This document shows positions 63,701 through 64,000 of a stretch of DNA of 64,000 bases, piece by piece. Position numbers and translations under genes: made by a program. Source of the DNA: Callorhinchus milii (Eukaryota); contig NW_024704742.1 of the NCBI RefSeq assembly GCF_018977255.1, positions 63,738,001 through 63,802,000 on the forward strand, given 5' to 3'. The notes below the pieces were generated by a model. It was not told the origin of the DNA. It was given only the letters and a program-made list of their open reading frames with translations, and ran no database searches. Within the stretch, counting starts at the first letter, position 1, and every line of letters starts with the position of its first letter.

Positions 63701-64000
63701 CATTTATCATAATCATAGCTACTACGTAGCAAAATATCTACCTTATAAACCTAGCCGTGCAAGTGAGCGGATGGTAAAAATGTGAACTGGGCCAAATTCA
63801 GATCAATCCAACATTCTTCTGACCAACATCATATCTTTACCCTCATCCCATCTAATTACAGTTCAAAGTTATGAATGTCACATTTATCCCCTGCTTAAGG
63901 TTTTGTACTAAATTCATATTAAGATTTTAAAAAAAGCCGCTATCCCTTTCAATACATAATGACTGTAGAAAGGATGGTCTGAATGTAGTCCCTCCTTATA

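Noticed and set aside
41000..64000. CBR4 or PALLD exons expected from mammalian synteny
   Set aside because: No recognisable SDR (GGSRGIG) or Ig-domain coding segments seen.

Overview
Eukaryotic, AT-rich, repeat-dense vertebrate DNA. The SINE/L2/CR1/Penelope repertoire suggests a cartilaginous fish, probably a holocephalan; this is an inference from recalled repeat families, not a search. The window holds the last 10 coding exons of SH3RF1 (POSH; four-SH3 E3 ligase/JNK scaffold) on the + strand (17968-38495). All introns are GT-AG and phase-consistent, giving 2286 nt = 761 aa + stop. The RING-coding exon lies upstream of the window. A repeat-poor 3' UTR runs to AATAAA signals at about 40.84-40.89 kb. 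The rest is intron or intergenic DNA filled with tRNA-head SINEs, Deu-domain SINEs, L2 and CR1 fragments, a TA-flanked MITE family and an unclassified poly(A)-tailed repeat family. Leads: a minimal hammerhead-ribozyme motif in a Penelope-like element, a candidate alternative last exon that would replace SH3 domain 4, a 30-bp coding minisatellite, inverted SINE pairs around in-frame exons, a duplicated AP-1-bearing non-coding module, and unexplained exon-like clusters. No prokaryote-type system (CRISPR, operon) is present. Nearly all entries in the ORF track are spurious.
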